Positions 10,200 to 19,084 of a stretch of 64,000 nucleotides of DNA are shown one piece after another. The notes below the pieces were generated by a model. The model was not told the origin of the DNA and ran no database searches. It was given only the letters and a program-made list of their open reading frames with translations. The stretch lies in NCBI GenBank assembly GCA_965248265.1, contig CBDFJF010000002.1:1312001-1376000 (forward strand), in the 5' to 3' direction. Position 1 is the first letter of the stretch; every line of letters starts with the position of its first letter. The translations under genes were made by a program, and so were the position numbers. The stretch is from Candidatus Latescibacterota bacterium. Lineage in GTDB: Bacteria; Latescibacterota; UBA2968; UBA8231.

Positions 10200-10613
10200 A
10201 TGGCGCGGCATCGACCGAAAGTGAGCTTCATCTCAGAAGAAACGGTCGACCTGACGCCCTTGATCGACTGCGTTTTCATGTTGTTGATCTTCTTCATGGT
10301 CACCACCGTCTTCATCCATGCACGAGGACTGGATGTGGACTTGCCCAGAGCCTCTCAGGCCACTGAGCAGCAGGAGAAGAAGGACATCAACATCATCATC
10401 GAGCGGGACGGTCGCATCGAGATCGGTGGTGAGGCGGTACTCGCTGGAGAGTTGCGCGCCCGCATTGAGCGCGCGATGGTGGAAAATCGAAACGACAACG
10501 TGATCATTCAGGGAGACCGGGGAGCTGCTCAGTCGCGGGTGGTCGAGGTCGTGGACGCAGCGAAGGGGGCTGGGGTAAAGGGAATCGCCTTTGCCAAGCT
10601 ACAAGGATCGTGA
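10200..10613 (+). CDS. exbD: Biopolymer transport protein ExbD/TolR
   Basis: DLTPLIDCVFMLLIFFMVTTVF with conserved TM Asp; C-terminal VIIQGDR...VVEVVDAAKGAGV. Confidence 0.93.
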   Translation: MARHRPKVSFISEETVDLTPLIDCVFMLLIFFMVTTVFIHARGLDVDLPRASQATEQQEKKDINIIIERDGRIEIGGEAVLAGELRARIERAMVENRNDNVIIQGDRGAAQSRVVEVVDAAKGAGVKGIAFAKLQGS

Positions 10614-10658
10614 CAGCCTCGGAACAAGAGAACGGTCGAGTGGTGCGATGAAGACTTA

Positions 10659-11072
10659 ATGGCACGGATACAGCGCAGGAGCCTTGTTGGGTCGGTGGAG
10701 ATGGAGTTGACGCCGTTGATCGACTGCGTGTTCCTGCTGTTGATCTTTTTCATGGTGACGACGGTTTTCAAGCAACCCTACCGGTTGAAGGTGTTGCTGC
10801 CCTTGGCGATAGAGGCCGTCATCATCGAGGAAAAGAAACTGGTGGCCACGATCGACCGGGGCGGGACCATGGAGGTGAACCGTTTCCCGGTGACGCCCGA
10901 AAGTTTGGAGGGCGTGTTGACTCGGGAGAAGGAGGGGGTGCGGGTGGTGACGTTGATCATTCGCACGGACAAGGATACGGGTCATGGACTGGTCCTTGAC
11001 ATGATGGAGACGGCGAAGCGGATCGGGATAGAGAAGATCGTGCTCGCTACTGAGAAGAAGGAGGCAGGATAG
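10659..11072 (+). CDS. exbD: Biopolymer transport protein ExbD/TolR (second copy)
   Basis: ELTPLIDCVFLLLIFFMVTTVF; LIIRTDK...VLDMMETAKRIGIEKI. Confidence 0.93.
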   Translation: MARIQRRSLVGSVEMELTPLIDCVFLLLIFFMVTTVFKQPYRLKVLLPLAIEAVIIEEKKLVATIDRGGTMEVNRFPVTPESLEGVLTREKEGVRVVTLIIRTDKDTGHGLVLDMMETAKRIGIEKIVLATEKKEAG

Positions 11073-11094
11073 CTGAAAGCATCCTGCGAGGCAG

Positions 11095-11216
11095 GGAGGG
11101 CGTGTTGACGAGGAGGACACGCGTCACGGATTGGTCCTCGACATGATGGAAACGGCCGAGAAAATCTCGGCATCGAGAAGATCGGTCTGGCAACGGAGAA
11201 GAAAGCGGAGGCCTAG
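11095..11216 (+). pseudogene. Degenerate duplicate of the exbD 3' end
   Basis: gtcacggattggtcctcgacatgatggaaacggcc...gagaagatc...gagaagaa...tag mirrors 10981-11072, with an internal deletion and frameshift. Confidence 0.7.
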
Positions 11217-11248
11217 CTAGGGACGCCTGGTCCCCGGGGATTTTAAAA

Positions 11249-11782
11249 GTGCTTGGATTTCGAGGTGGTTTTTTACTACTTTGTGGCGGATTGGCCCTTC
11301 TCACTTGTTCCAAAGAGGAAGGCCCACAAAAAGACGAAGGCGCAAAACTCGCTGCCCTCAAGGCGGCGAAGGTACAAGGTCAGACCTATCTGGATGTTCA
11401 CTTCGTGCTCGGCAGCAGCTTGGAAGAATTGGTCGCGCGCTTCGGTGAACCCGACGCCTATCGCCCGCAGCTGGGGAACCAGCCGTATGGGAATATCAAA
11501 TGGAAGGATCTGAAAGGGGTGACGGTTTTCGGCATCGTCAAGGACAGTACATGCGCTTACGTGAACTACAAGTTCGACAAGCTGGACCCTTTCGACGAGA
11601 CGGAGGCGTTCAGGATTATTGGGGTCGAACGACCTGACGACGATCCGGCGGTATCGGTACTCAAAACCGGGGTCACGAAGTGGTATCCGTTCGAGCACTA
11701 CCATCACCTGACGGTCAGTCCGCAGCAAAAGAATGTCAGTATCAAAGGTTTTGAGTTTGCGATGGGGCCTGGAACGTCGTAG
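11249..11782 (+). CDS. Hypothetical lipoprotein
   Basis: Hydrophobic N-terminus ending LLTC-SKEE; co-oriented with neighbours. Confidence 0.65.
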   Translation: MLGFRGGFLLLCGGLALLTCSKEEGPQKDEGAKLAALKAAKVQGQTYLDVHFVLGSSLEELVARFGEPDAYRPQLGNQPYGNIKWKDLKGVTVFGIVKDSTCAYVNYKFDKLDPFDETEAFRIIGVERPDDDPAVSVLKTGVTKWYPFEHYHHLTVSPQQKNVSIKGFEFAMGPGTS

Positions 11783-11963
11783 GGCGTCCAGGCGGAACAC
11801 TATTATCCTAATTGCTAAGGCAGAATCAACCTGAAACAGCGGAAATCAACCCGAAACGAGCAGAAAGGAGGAGACTCGACCGCGGTGCTGATTGTGTCTA
11901 ATTGTGTGGGATGAAGGAAGCGAGTTGTTGTCAGCGATAAAAGAACCCAAGGAGCATGAGAAG

Positions 11964-13955
11964 ATGAAAGTCAAATTGACATTAATGTCCGTGGCCATCC
12001 TCACCCTCTGTGCGTCTCTGACGTACGCGGGGACCGCTGGCTACGAGTTTGTGCGCAGCGAGGATCCGGTGATTCTCGGGATTGATGTGGGGAATGTGAG
12101 CTACAATTTTGACGGCAATGCCGAGGTTCCCTTTACGCTGTCGGGCACCCAAGCAACCGTCTATCTGGCGATTTACACCACCGACCAGGCCACTCCAGGT
12201 GGCTTCGGCGGCCCGGGTAGGCCTGAATGGAATGGCGGCCACGCCCTGCTTCGCGCGCCGGGGATCCCCAACATGGTGAAAGTGGTCGAGTGCGGCCAGT
12301 ATGATGTTGGAGATGGTAGCTGCTTGTGGGATGGCACGGATTGGGCCGGAGACGACGTCGAGCCGGGCGCCTACCGGCTCTATGTTCTGGGCTACGACAA
12401 CATCACCGATGCCAACTGGATTGCCGTTACGGGTGCCGGGTTCCGGAACCGCACCAGCACGGTGAAGGTCTTGCAGGGCCAAGGATATATGCACACCAGC
12501 CCCAACAAGATTGGCAAGGAAAATGAGGGGCCAAGAAACGAGTACACGTATGGCATGGGCGGTGCCTTCACGCTGTATCCGCTCCCACCGGGGAATTGGC
12601 TGGAAGTCGACGACCCATGGGATATGATGGCCCCATTTACAGTTGAATTGCCGGAATACGACTTAGGAGAGAACGACGACGGGAACCCAATAAGGGTCCT
12701 GGGTGGCTCGGCACATGGCGTGGCCATCGATCCTCAAGACTTCTCCAGGAACTGGATGTTCGGCTATAACGGTGTAGGCGCCATCGGCGTTACCGTAGAT
12801 TGGGATTCGCAGACATCCGAGCCCATGGAGGGCTTCGGGGAACCACCGGCTAGCTGGCAGGCGCAGATCGCTCTGGGCGACCATATCAATTTCTTCCACT
12901 CCATACAGTACTGGGATGGCTTCCTGTACATGGGCAACGGGTGGTTGAACGATCCCCCGGCCGCCGGTATCTACGAGCTGGATTCCAGCACGGGCGAAGT
13001 CACCGATGTCATCGACGTCAGTGAGTGGATGGTACGCGAGCAATACGGTCACGACCCGGAAGTTACCGAGTCAACTCTCGCCGCGAGCATGATCAACTGC
13101 ATAGGGATCGATGAGTCAGGGTTCGTCATGTCCGCTGGCGGTTGGGGTCCAAGTTCGCTCAATCAGGTTCCGCTCAAGGTCGACTGGAACGGCGATCTCG
13201 TCTACCAGAACCATACAGGGGACGGCTTCAATGACAACATATGGGCAGGCGAAGCCGCGGCACTGGGTGTTGAGTCTGTGACGGATGGTGAGTCTCATGC
13301 GGTTTCCATATCTCGTGGGGCTATCCCGGGATTCGCCTTCATGACTGAGGCCTCCAAGGGAGACATGGCCCGCCAGCCGGCCTACGGAGCGGTCTACGGC
13401 CCCGATGGCGCCGGGATCTTTCACGCCCAGGGCCCCAATATCCCGCTCACCAATCACGAGGCGACTGGTTCGGGGACGAACATGATCCACGAGCAATCTG
13501 ACTGGGACGGACTCTATATCCTGGTTGCCGAGAAGGCCGTGGGGGAAGAGGATGGTTTTGTTGAGCGGACGGGTGGCCATCAGGTCGCTCATTGGCCGTT
13601 CCGGATCTCGCAGGCTCTGATCGGCACCAACCTCGATGATACGGCGATCGCGGAGGTCCCTTCCGCCGTGACGCCCGAGCAGGTCGAACTGGGTGATGCG
13701 TATCCCAACCCGTTTAACCCAACGACGACGATCGAGTTCGCCGTTCCCACCAATGGCCTTGCGACAGTGACAGTACTGAACACGCAGGGCCAGGTGGTGA
13801 ACACGCTCGTCAACGAGTTTGTGTCAACCGGGACCTACCGTACCACCTGGGATGGCATGAACGCGAACGGTGAGCTGGCTGCCGGCGGTCTGTACTTCTA
13901 CCGCCTGCGGGTCGGTGGCCAAGAGGTGACCAAGAAGATGACGTTCCTCAAGTAA
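11964..13955 (+). CDS. Secreted protein with FlgD-Ig/T9SS-like C-terminal domain
   Basis: AAGGAG SD, signal peptide MKVKLTLMSVAILTLCASLTYA, C-terminal AYPNPFNPTTTIEF...WDGMNANG...GGLYFYRL...KKMTFLK. Confidence 0.85.
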   Translation: MKVKLTLMSVAILTLCASLTYAGTAGYEFVRSEDPVILGIDVGNVSYNFDGNAEVPFTLSGTQATVYLAIYTTDQATPGGFGGPGRPEWNGGHALLRAPGIPNMVKVVECGQYDVGDGSCLWDGTDWAGDDVEPGAYRLYVLGYDNITDANWIAVTGAGFRNRTSTVKVLQGQGYMHTSPNKIGKENEGPRNEYTYGMGGAFTLYPLPPGNWLEVDDPWDMMAPFTVELPEYDLGENDDGNPIRVLGGSAHGVAIDPQDFSRNWMFGYNGVGAIGVTVDWDSQTSEPMEGFGEPPASWQAQIALGDHINFFHSIQYWDGFLYMGNGWLNDPPAAGIYELDSSTGEVTDVIDVSEWMVREQYGHDPEVTESTLAASMINCIGIDESGFVMSAGGWGPSSLNQVPLKVDWNGDLVYQNHTGDGFNDNIWAGEAAALGVESVTDGESHAVSISRGAIPGFAFMTEASKGDMARQPAYGAVYGPDGAGIFHAQGPNIPLTNHEATGSGTNMIHEQSDWDGLYILVAEKAVGEEDGFVERTGGHQVAHWPFRISQALIGTNLDDTAIAEVPSAVTPEQVELGDAYPNPFNPTTTIEFAVPTNGLATVTVLNTQGQVVNTLVNEFVSTGTYRTTWDGMNANGELAAGGLYFYRLRVGGQEVTKKMTFLK

Positions 13956-13993
13956 AGAGAGCGCCACCATCAACCGTCACTGATCGGTTCAAT

Positions 13994-14036
13994 GAGGTGG
14001 AGGGGGGCTTGTGTCCCTCCTCCACCTCTTGTTTTC
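13994..14036 (+). terminator. Rho-independent terminator
   Basis: GAGGTGGAGG...CCTCCACCTC hairpin followed by TTGTTTT, 38 nt after the stop. Confidence 0.7.
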
Positions 14037-14091
14037 AACAGCGAATGTTTCACAAAAAGACGTCGGGAAGATGATTTTCGAGGCGGTCTGA

Positions 14092-16173
14092 ATGACGAAG
14101 CGTAGCCACAAGCAACTCAGCAACATAGCCCTTTGGATTTTTCTTCTCACCCTGCCCACGCCGGTGGCGTCGGAGGTGGTGTGCGAATCTGGGGTGTGCC
14201 AGGAGGGTTCCTGGGCTAGCACGGTATGGTACTACACCGAATTCGAAGCGGATGAGGCGGGGGACGGCGTCATCCGCGTGACGGCGGCGGATGAGCTTGA
14301 TGATCTGTGGTTCAATGGCGACAGGATCAATCTGAGTAGTTTGACGTCCAGAGACTGGACGCAGATCGAAGTTGATGAGATAGAGGTCGAGAACGGCACT
14401 AACGAAATTCTGGTGGCCGTGACCACTCAGGGGACAGGGGGCGGGAGCGGGTTGTTGTTGGAGCTGGAGACCGGCGCGCAGCGGACCGGCACGAAGGTGG
14501 GGAATCGGGAGGGGGCATGGCGGTGGTCCAGCGAGGATCCCGACGAAGTCGAGGTGGACTGGGACGATGCCCAGTTGGTCCAGGCCGGCAGCATGGACCT
14601 GACACAGATAGAGGGGCGTACCGATCTATCGGTTGTGCCTGTGGCGGGTTATCCGGGAGACGTGGACATCGGGACCAAGGACGGAGGGATTACGCTGAGC
14701 TTGATCGACGGTCGGAATCTGGCTCTGGGGCAGCCCTCCAACGTCCTGGAAGCCAACGATGGAGTGTTGACCAGCTCGTGGACGCCCGGTGCGAATGCTC
14801 TCAACAAGCATGTGAGCATGGACCTTCGGGAGGTCCGCAGGGTGAGCCGGGTCCGGGTGATCACCAAGGCACCCCGTAGGTCGGGTAGCTATTTTGTCAA
14901 TTCCCTGAAGGGGTATTCGGTTCAGGTGAGCGAGGACCAGTTCCGGTGGTCGGAGGTGGCGGTTCTGCACGGGATCACGGAGTACGAGGAGACGACGGTC
15001 CGTTTTGAGCCTGCCCTGGCGCGATACATACGGATTGTGGTCGCGGAGATAGACGGGATCAGTGCGCCGGATGTGGCCGAGGTCGAGGTGTATGGTGAAG
15101 CGTACAGTGCCGCCGGGACGTTCGAATCGGAACCCCTGGATCTCGACGAACCCAGCGCGAAGAACATCGGCAAGATTACCTGGCAGGCAGACGTCCCTGA
15201 GGGTACCTCGGTAGCTCTCCAGTTCAGGACTATGGTGGATGCCGTGTGGAGTCCGTGGACGAGGGAATACGCCTATGCGGACAGCAATACCTTCGTCGAG
15301 TCGCCCGAGCCTGCGAGCCAGTTCCAATACCGTGTACAACTGTCGACGAGCGTGGAGGGCGCTACGCCCCGGTTTCGGAGTATCACGGTGGAGTCCTCTG
15401 CCGATGATGTACCCGCCGAATCAGCCTCGGGGCGGATTTCGCCGGTGACCGTGGAGATGGGGACGGATACGACATTTACCTACGATCTAGATTTGGAAAT
15501 CTCAGGGCAGAATAGTGGTGTTGAGCGGCTGATCATCGCGGTTCCGGGGCCGGTGACGCTCGACCCGGTTGCGCCCGTCGACGGGCTGGAAGGCAGTGGC
15601 AGTGTGGTGGAATTGGATAGTGTCAAGGTGACGTCGAGGGGGTTGGAGATTCCCTTCGATCCTCCATTGAAAGACCTGGATGTGCAGTTGTCGATTCATA
15701 TGAGGGCCACGATGTATGCGATAGCTCACTCCTGGAGCGCACAACTACTCGCACTGGATTCGGAGAATCCGCAGAACGTGGTCGAAGATACCCGGGGCGG
15801 GGGATGGTTGGTTTCCGCCCCTCAAGTGTTGGGTCGAGTTTTGCTAGACGCTCAGGCACAGCCCGCCGTTTTCACGCCGAACGGGGATGGCAGAAACGAC
15901 CACGCCACCATCGTTTTCACGCTGGCCAAGGCAGAGGGTGCACCCGTATCGGTTCGGGTTTTCTCTTTGGACGGATCGCTTGTTCGGGAGCTGCACACGG
16001 GTCCACTATCGGCGCGACGGTATGATGGCAGTTCGCAGTCCCCGCCGGGTCGCTGGGATGGAACAGATGCCCACGGAAATGTCGTGCCCCCGGGGATTTA
16101 TCTGTATGAGTTGCTGGTGGAAGCGGATGAAGGGGATGAGCGACGCATGGGCACCGTAGGCCTCGTGTATTAG
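14092..16173 (+). CDS. Secreted discoidin (F5/8 type C)-domain protein with FlgD/CHU_C-like tail
   Basis: NLALGQP...ANDGVLTSSW...MDLRE...ARYIRIVV...VAEVEVYG; tail FTPNGDGRND...WDGTDAHGNVVPPGIYLY. Confidence 0.8.
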   Translation: MTKRSHKQLSNIALWIFLLTLPTPVASEVVCESGVCQEGSWASTVWYYTEFEADEAGDGVIRVTAADELDDLWFNGDRINLSSLTSRDWTQIEVDEIEVENGTNEILVAVTTQGTGGGSGLLLELETGAQRTGTKVGNREGAWRWSSEDPDEVEVDWDDAQLVQAGSMDLTQIEGRTDLSVVPVAGYPGDVDIGTKDGGITLSLIDGRNLALGQPSNVLEANDGVLTSSWTPGANALNKHVSMDLREVRRVSRVRVITKAPRRSGSYFVNSLKGYSVQVSEDQFRWSEVAVLHGITEYEETTVRFEPALARYIRIVVAEIDGISAPDVAEVEVYGEAYSAAGTFESEPLDLDEPSAKNIGKITWQADVPEGTSVALQFRTMVDAVWSPWTREYAYADSNTFVESPEPASQFQYRVQLSTSVEGATPRFRSITVESSADDVPAESASGRISPVTVEMGTDTTFTYDLDLEISGQNSGVERLIIAVPGPVTLDPVAPVDGLEGSGSVVELDSVKVTSRGLEIPFDPPLKDLDVQLSIHMRATMYAIAHSWSAQLLALDSENPQNVVEDTRGGGWLVSAPQVLGRVLLDAQAQPAVFTPNGDGRNDHATIVFTLAKAEGAPVSVRVFSLDGSLVRELHTGPLSARRYDGSSQSPPGRWDGTDAHGNVVPPGIYLYELLVEADEGDERRMGTVGLVY

Positions 16174-16278
16174 CCTCTTCCGGCCGTGGGCAGGAATGAC
16201 CGCGAATTCCTCAAGGGCCGGGGGATCGTATTCCCCTCCTCAATTCGTTCTCGTGGACCTCTGACTAAGGGAGCAGCC

Positions 16279-19032
16279 GTGCGTTTTCCAAGGCTCTCGA
16301 TCATCGTATGGGTCGTGGCTCTCGCCTCGGGGGCTTCGGGGCAGTTCATCTCCAGGGACTACTACCCCCTGTGGGGGGAGTCGTACGAGAACTATGGATC
16401 GATCGGGTATCAGGATGCGCTGCAGCCGATCCTGGGCGTAGGAGGTTCCGGGACTCGGACGACGAGCCCCGTCAATGGCTTCGCGGTGGAGCTGGAGCGT
16501 CGACAGTACGATCCGTTCGGCAATTACCTGGTGGATGGCCTGGACGTGTTTCGTCTGCAGGAGTTCCGCGGCATCGCGCCGAGCCGGGGGAGTCTTCTCT
16601 TAGAGAGCGATCTGTCAGAAAGACTCTTCCAGAACTTGATGATCGCCAGCGATGAGTTCGGCGGCTGGTCCAATCGCGTCCTCATCGGGCATGCAATACG
16701 CACAAATTTCACCTCACTGACGTTGAGCAGGTCACGGTTCAGCGGGATTCGGTGGGATGGGGCAACCCGGCGCAACCGCTTTACCGTTCTGGGGTCCAGG
16801 ATCTCCAACCCCACCCCACGGTCCGAGGTCACGGGTGCGGAGCTGCATTCGAGCTATCTGTTTGGGGGTCGGTGGGAAAACACCGTCGGAGATCTTATGA
16901 CGATGGGGCTTTCCTACGTGACCACCTTCCGCAGCGACGCTACTCGGCGCAAGGGGGGGCGTATTCAGCGCGGGGTGGTTCCTGTCGATCTGGGGCGAAC
17001 CAGTTCAGATGAGCCGGGTGGGATTGAGGAGCTGTATGTGATCTTCAGTGATGACAGTCCGGAGGATGGGTCTGGCGCACAAGTCCATGGGTTGGAGGTG
17101 TACATCGACGGTGCGCGCGCGCACCTTCAACCCGAGGCGGTGTTGATACCTGAAATCCATTCGTATACGAGGTTGAGTCGGCTAACCGCAAACAAAATGC
17201 CGCTTCGGACTCAGTTCTTGTCCGCCGTGCGCGCCGACGGGACATGGTTGTCTGAAGCACTCAGCCACAACACTAATATAGGTCCTCTCTCGCGTCTGGA
17301 AACGATTCTGAAACAGAGGGGGGCCGACGACAGGACGAAGAATCCACGCCACGGCCCCCCGCCAGAGCCGGTAGCGCTGACCGACGGACAGCCCCTGGAG
17401 GCCAGCGGCACCGATGTGCTGCTGTTCAAGTATCAGATACCTGCGGAGGCACGATCGGTTCAATTCCGGGCTCTGGTGGCAAACGACTACTCGATCGATG
17501 TGGCTACGCGCGTGGGGTACTGGGCGGATTGGCACAATGTCCGGCGTGCGGTGGGCAAGGTGCGCGACCGTTCCAATTTGGGTTGGGTATCCTTCGAGTA
17601 CGGGTTCCCCACGGGCCTGGCGACGTATGGGACAGACGTTGAACTCGATATTCTCGGCGCCGTGGTTCGGGGGGAGGTCGTGAACAACGTGGGGTACTAT
17701 ACCTATCCCGGCATCTCAGGGGCGTGGCACAAGCAGAGCACGCGAGCCTACGTCGTCAACGCTTCACGCCGTTTCTCTAGCGCCCGCGGCGCCGCCCATG
17801 TAGGTGCTGAGCTGTTCGATCTTCCTTCGACCTACAGGACCTCGTTTGAGGCTGTGGATCCGCAATCGCCCAACGCAATCGCGAAGCTCTACGAGCTGGT
17901 CGAGGACAACGATGACCAGGATGAATGGCCGGACGAGGATGAATGGCCGAACAGCTCGGATCGGCGCGACGGGGACGGGATTTTTCCCGGGCTGGACGAG
18001 GATGGCGATGGGATTATCGATACGAACGTCAACGACAACGAGGTGCCGGACTACCAGGAGCCGTTTCTGATGTACTATGTGGATCCGGATGGATATACAT
18101 ACGGCGACGACTTCGACAACAACGGGACGGTGGATGTCCGGCAGGACGACAACCGCCCCGACTACCCCTACAATCTGGATCGGCGCGGACGGCATCTGTT
18201 CGCCCGGCTCGAGCTGACCCCCGCGCTGCAGAATACGGTCGGCTGGTATCGCCTCAGGAGCATCACGGGTGGGGGGCGCAACCGGGTGCTGTATTCGAAG
18301 GCCCGGTACGGGATCAGGCGCGAGGGGTTGGGTAGCATCGATGTGCATTACAAGGTCAAACGGGTGGAGGACGACATACCGGCGGACATCCGGGGAGGGG
18401 ACCTGCAGTTTGTGGGCTTCGACGTGGAGGGTACGATCCAGCCGGATCAGCTGTCCATGCGCAACAGCCTGGTCAACCTGTTGTTCCTGGAGACGAGGTT
18501 CACGGGTATCCCCCATCTGAATGTGTCGTCCAAGTTCCGCTACGAAGTCAATGACCGTCGGCGCGCAGAGTTCAACGACGGGGCGGTTCAGGAGAAGAGT
18601 CGGGATCGATCGCGGGCGCTGGTAACCCGGGCTGACTACGAGTGGAAGCTGGGGCATCTCACCCTCATGCCGATGTTCAAGTTCCTGACCGAGCACAAGA
18701 AAGTACCGTCATCGGGACGGCGTCCGTTTCTGCACACACGTCATCTGATTCCCATCCTCCGGATGGATTACGCATTGACCTCGGGCACTGTATTGCGAGC
18801 GGGAATCCAGGGCTTTCCGATGCTGAAGGAGCAGTTTCGGAATGTCGCCTGGCCTTTCGTCTCGCACGATGCGACGAGTCACGTGCTGCTGTTGCAGAAT
18901 CGCGGGAATTACTCCGGGTATGACGTGCGTCTCAACCTCGGGTTCCTTCGCAAAAGCGTAGATTCTTGGAGCGCACTCAGCCGTCGATCCGAGTCCTCGA
19001 GAGAGGTGTTCCTGCAGCTGTACTTCGAATAG
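16279..19032 (+). CDS. Large putative outer-membrane protein, paralog 1
   Basis: GTG with AAGGGAG SD, signal peptide, alternating beta-strand C-terminal half ending VFLQLYFE, and a D/N-rich repeat segment. Confidence 0.7.
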   Translation: MRFPRLSIIVWVVALASGASGQFISRDYYPLWGESYENYGSIGYQDALQPILGVGGSGTRTTSPVNGFAVELERRQYDPFGNYLVDGLDVFRLQEFRGIAPSRGSLLLESDLSERLFQNLMIASDEFGGWSNRVLIGHAIRTNFTSLTLSRSRFSGIRWDGATRRNRFTVLGSRISNPTPRSEVTGAELHSSYLFGGRWENTVGDLMTMGLSYVTTFRSDATRRKGGRIQRGVVPVDLGRTSSDEPGGIEELYVIFSDDSPEDGSGAQVHGLEVYIDGARAHLQPEAVLIPEIHSYTRLSRLTANKMPLRTQFLSAVRADGTWLSEALSHNTNIGPLSRLETILKQRGADDRTKNPRHGPPPEPVALTDGQPLEASGTDVLLFKYQIPAEARSVQFRALVANDYSIDVATRVGYWADWHNVRRAVGKVRDRSNLGWVSFEYGFPTGLATYGTDVELDILGAVVRGEVVNNVGYYTYPGISGAWHKQSTRAYVVNASRRFSSARGAAHVGAELFDLPSTYRTSFEAVDPQSPNAIAKLYELVEDNDDQDEWPDEDEWPNSSDRRDGDGIFPGLDEDGDGIIDTNVNDNEVPDYQEPFLMYYVDPDGYTYGDDFDNNGTVDVRQDDNRPDYPYNLDRRGRHLFARLELTPALQNTVGWYRLRSITGGGRNRVLYSKARYGIRREGLGSIDVHYKVKRVEDDIPADIRGGDLQFVGFDVEGTIQPDQLSMRNSLVNLLFLETRFTGIPHLNVSSKFRYEVNDRRRAEFNDGAVQEKSRDRSRALVTRADYEWKLGHLTLMPMFKFLTEHKKVPSSGRRPFLHTRHLIPILRMDYALTSGTVLRAGIQGFPMLKEQFRNVAWPFVSHDATSHVLLLQNRGNYSGYDVRLNLGFLRKSVDSWSALSRRSESSREVFLQLYFE

Positions 19033-19084
19033 CGGCTGCGCGCCGAGGCTCGGGCGCGGCCTGCACCATGGGAGTTTCTGGACA

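Noticed and set aside
11956-11967. Tiny upstream ORF ATG AGA AGA TGA overlapping the 11964 start
   Set aside because: Only 1 nt from the SD, so probably not translated; no supporting evidence.
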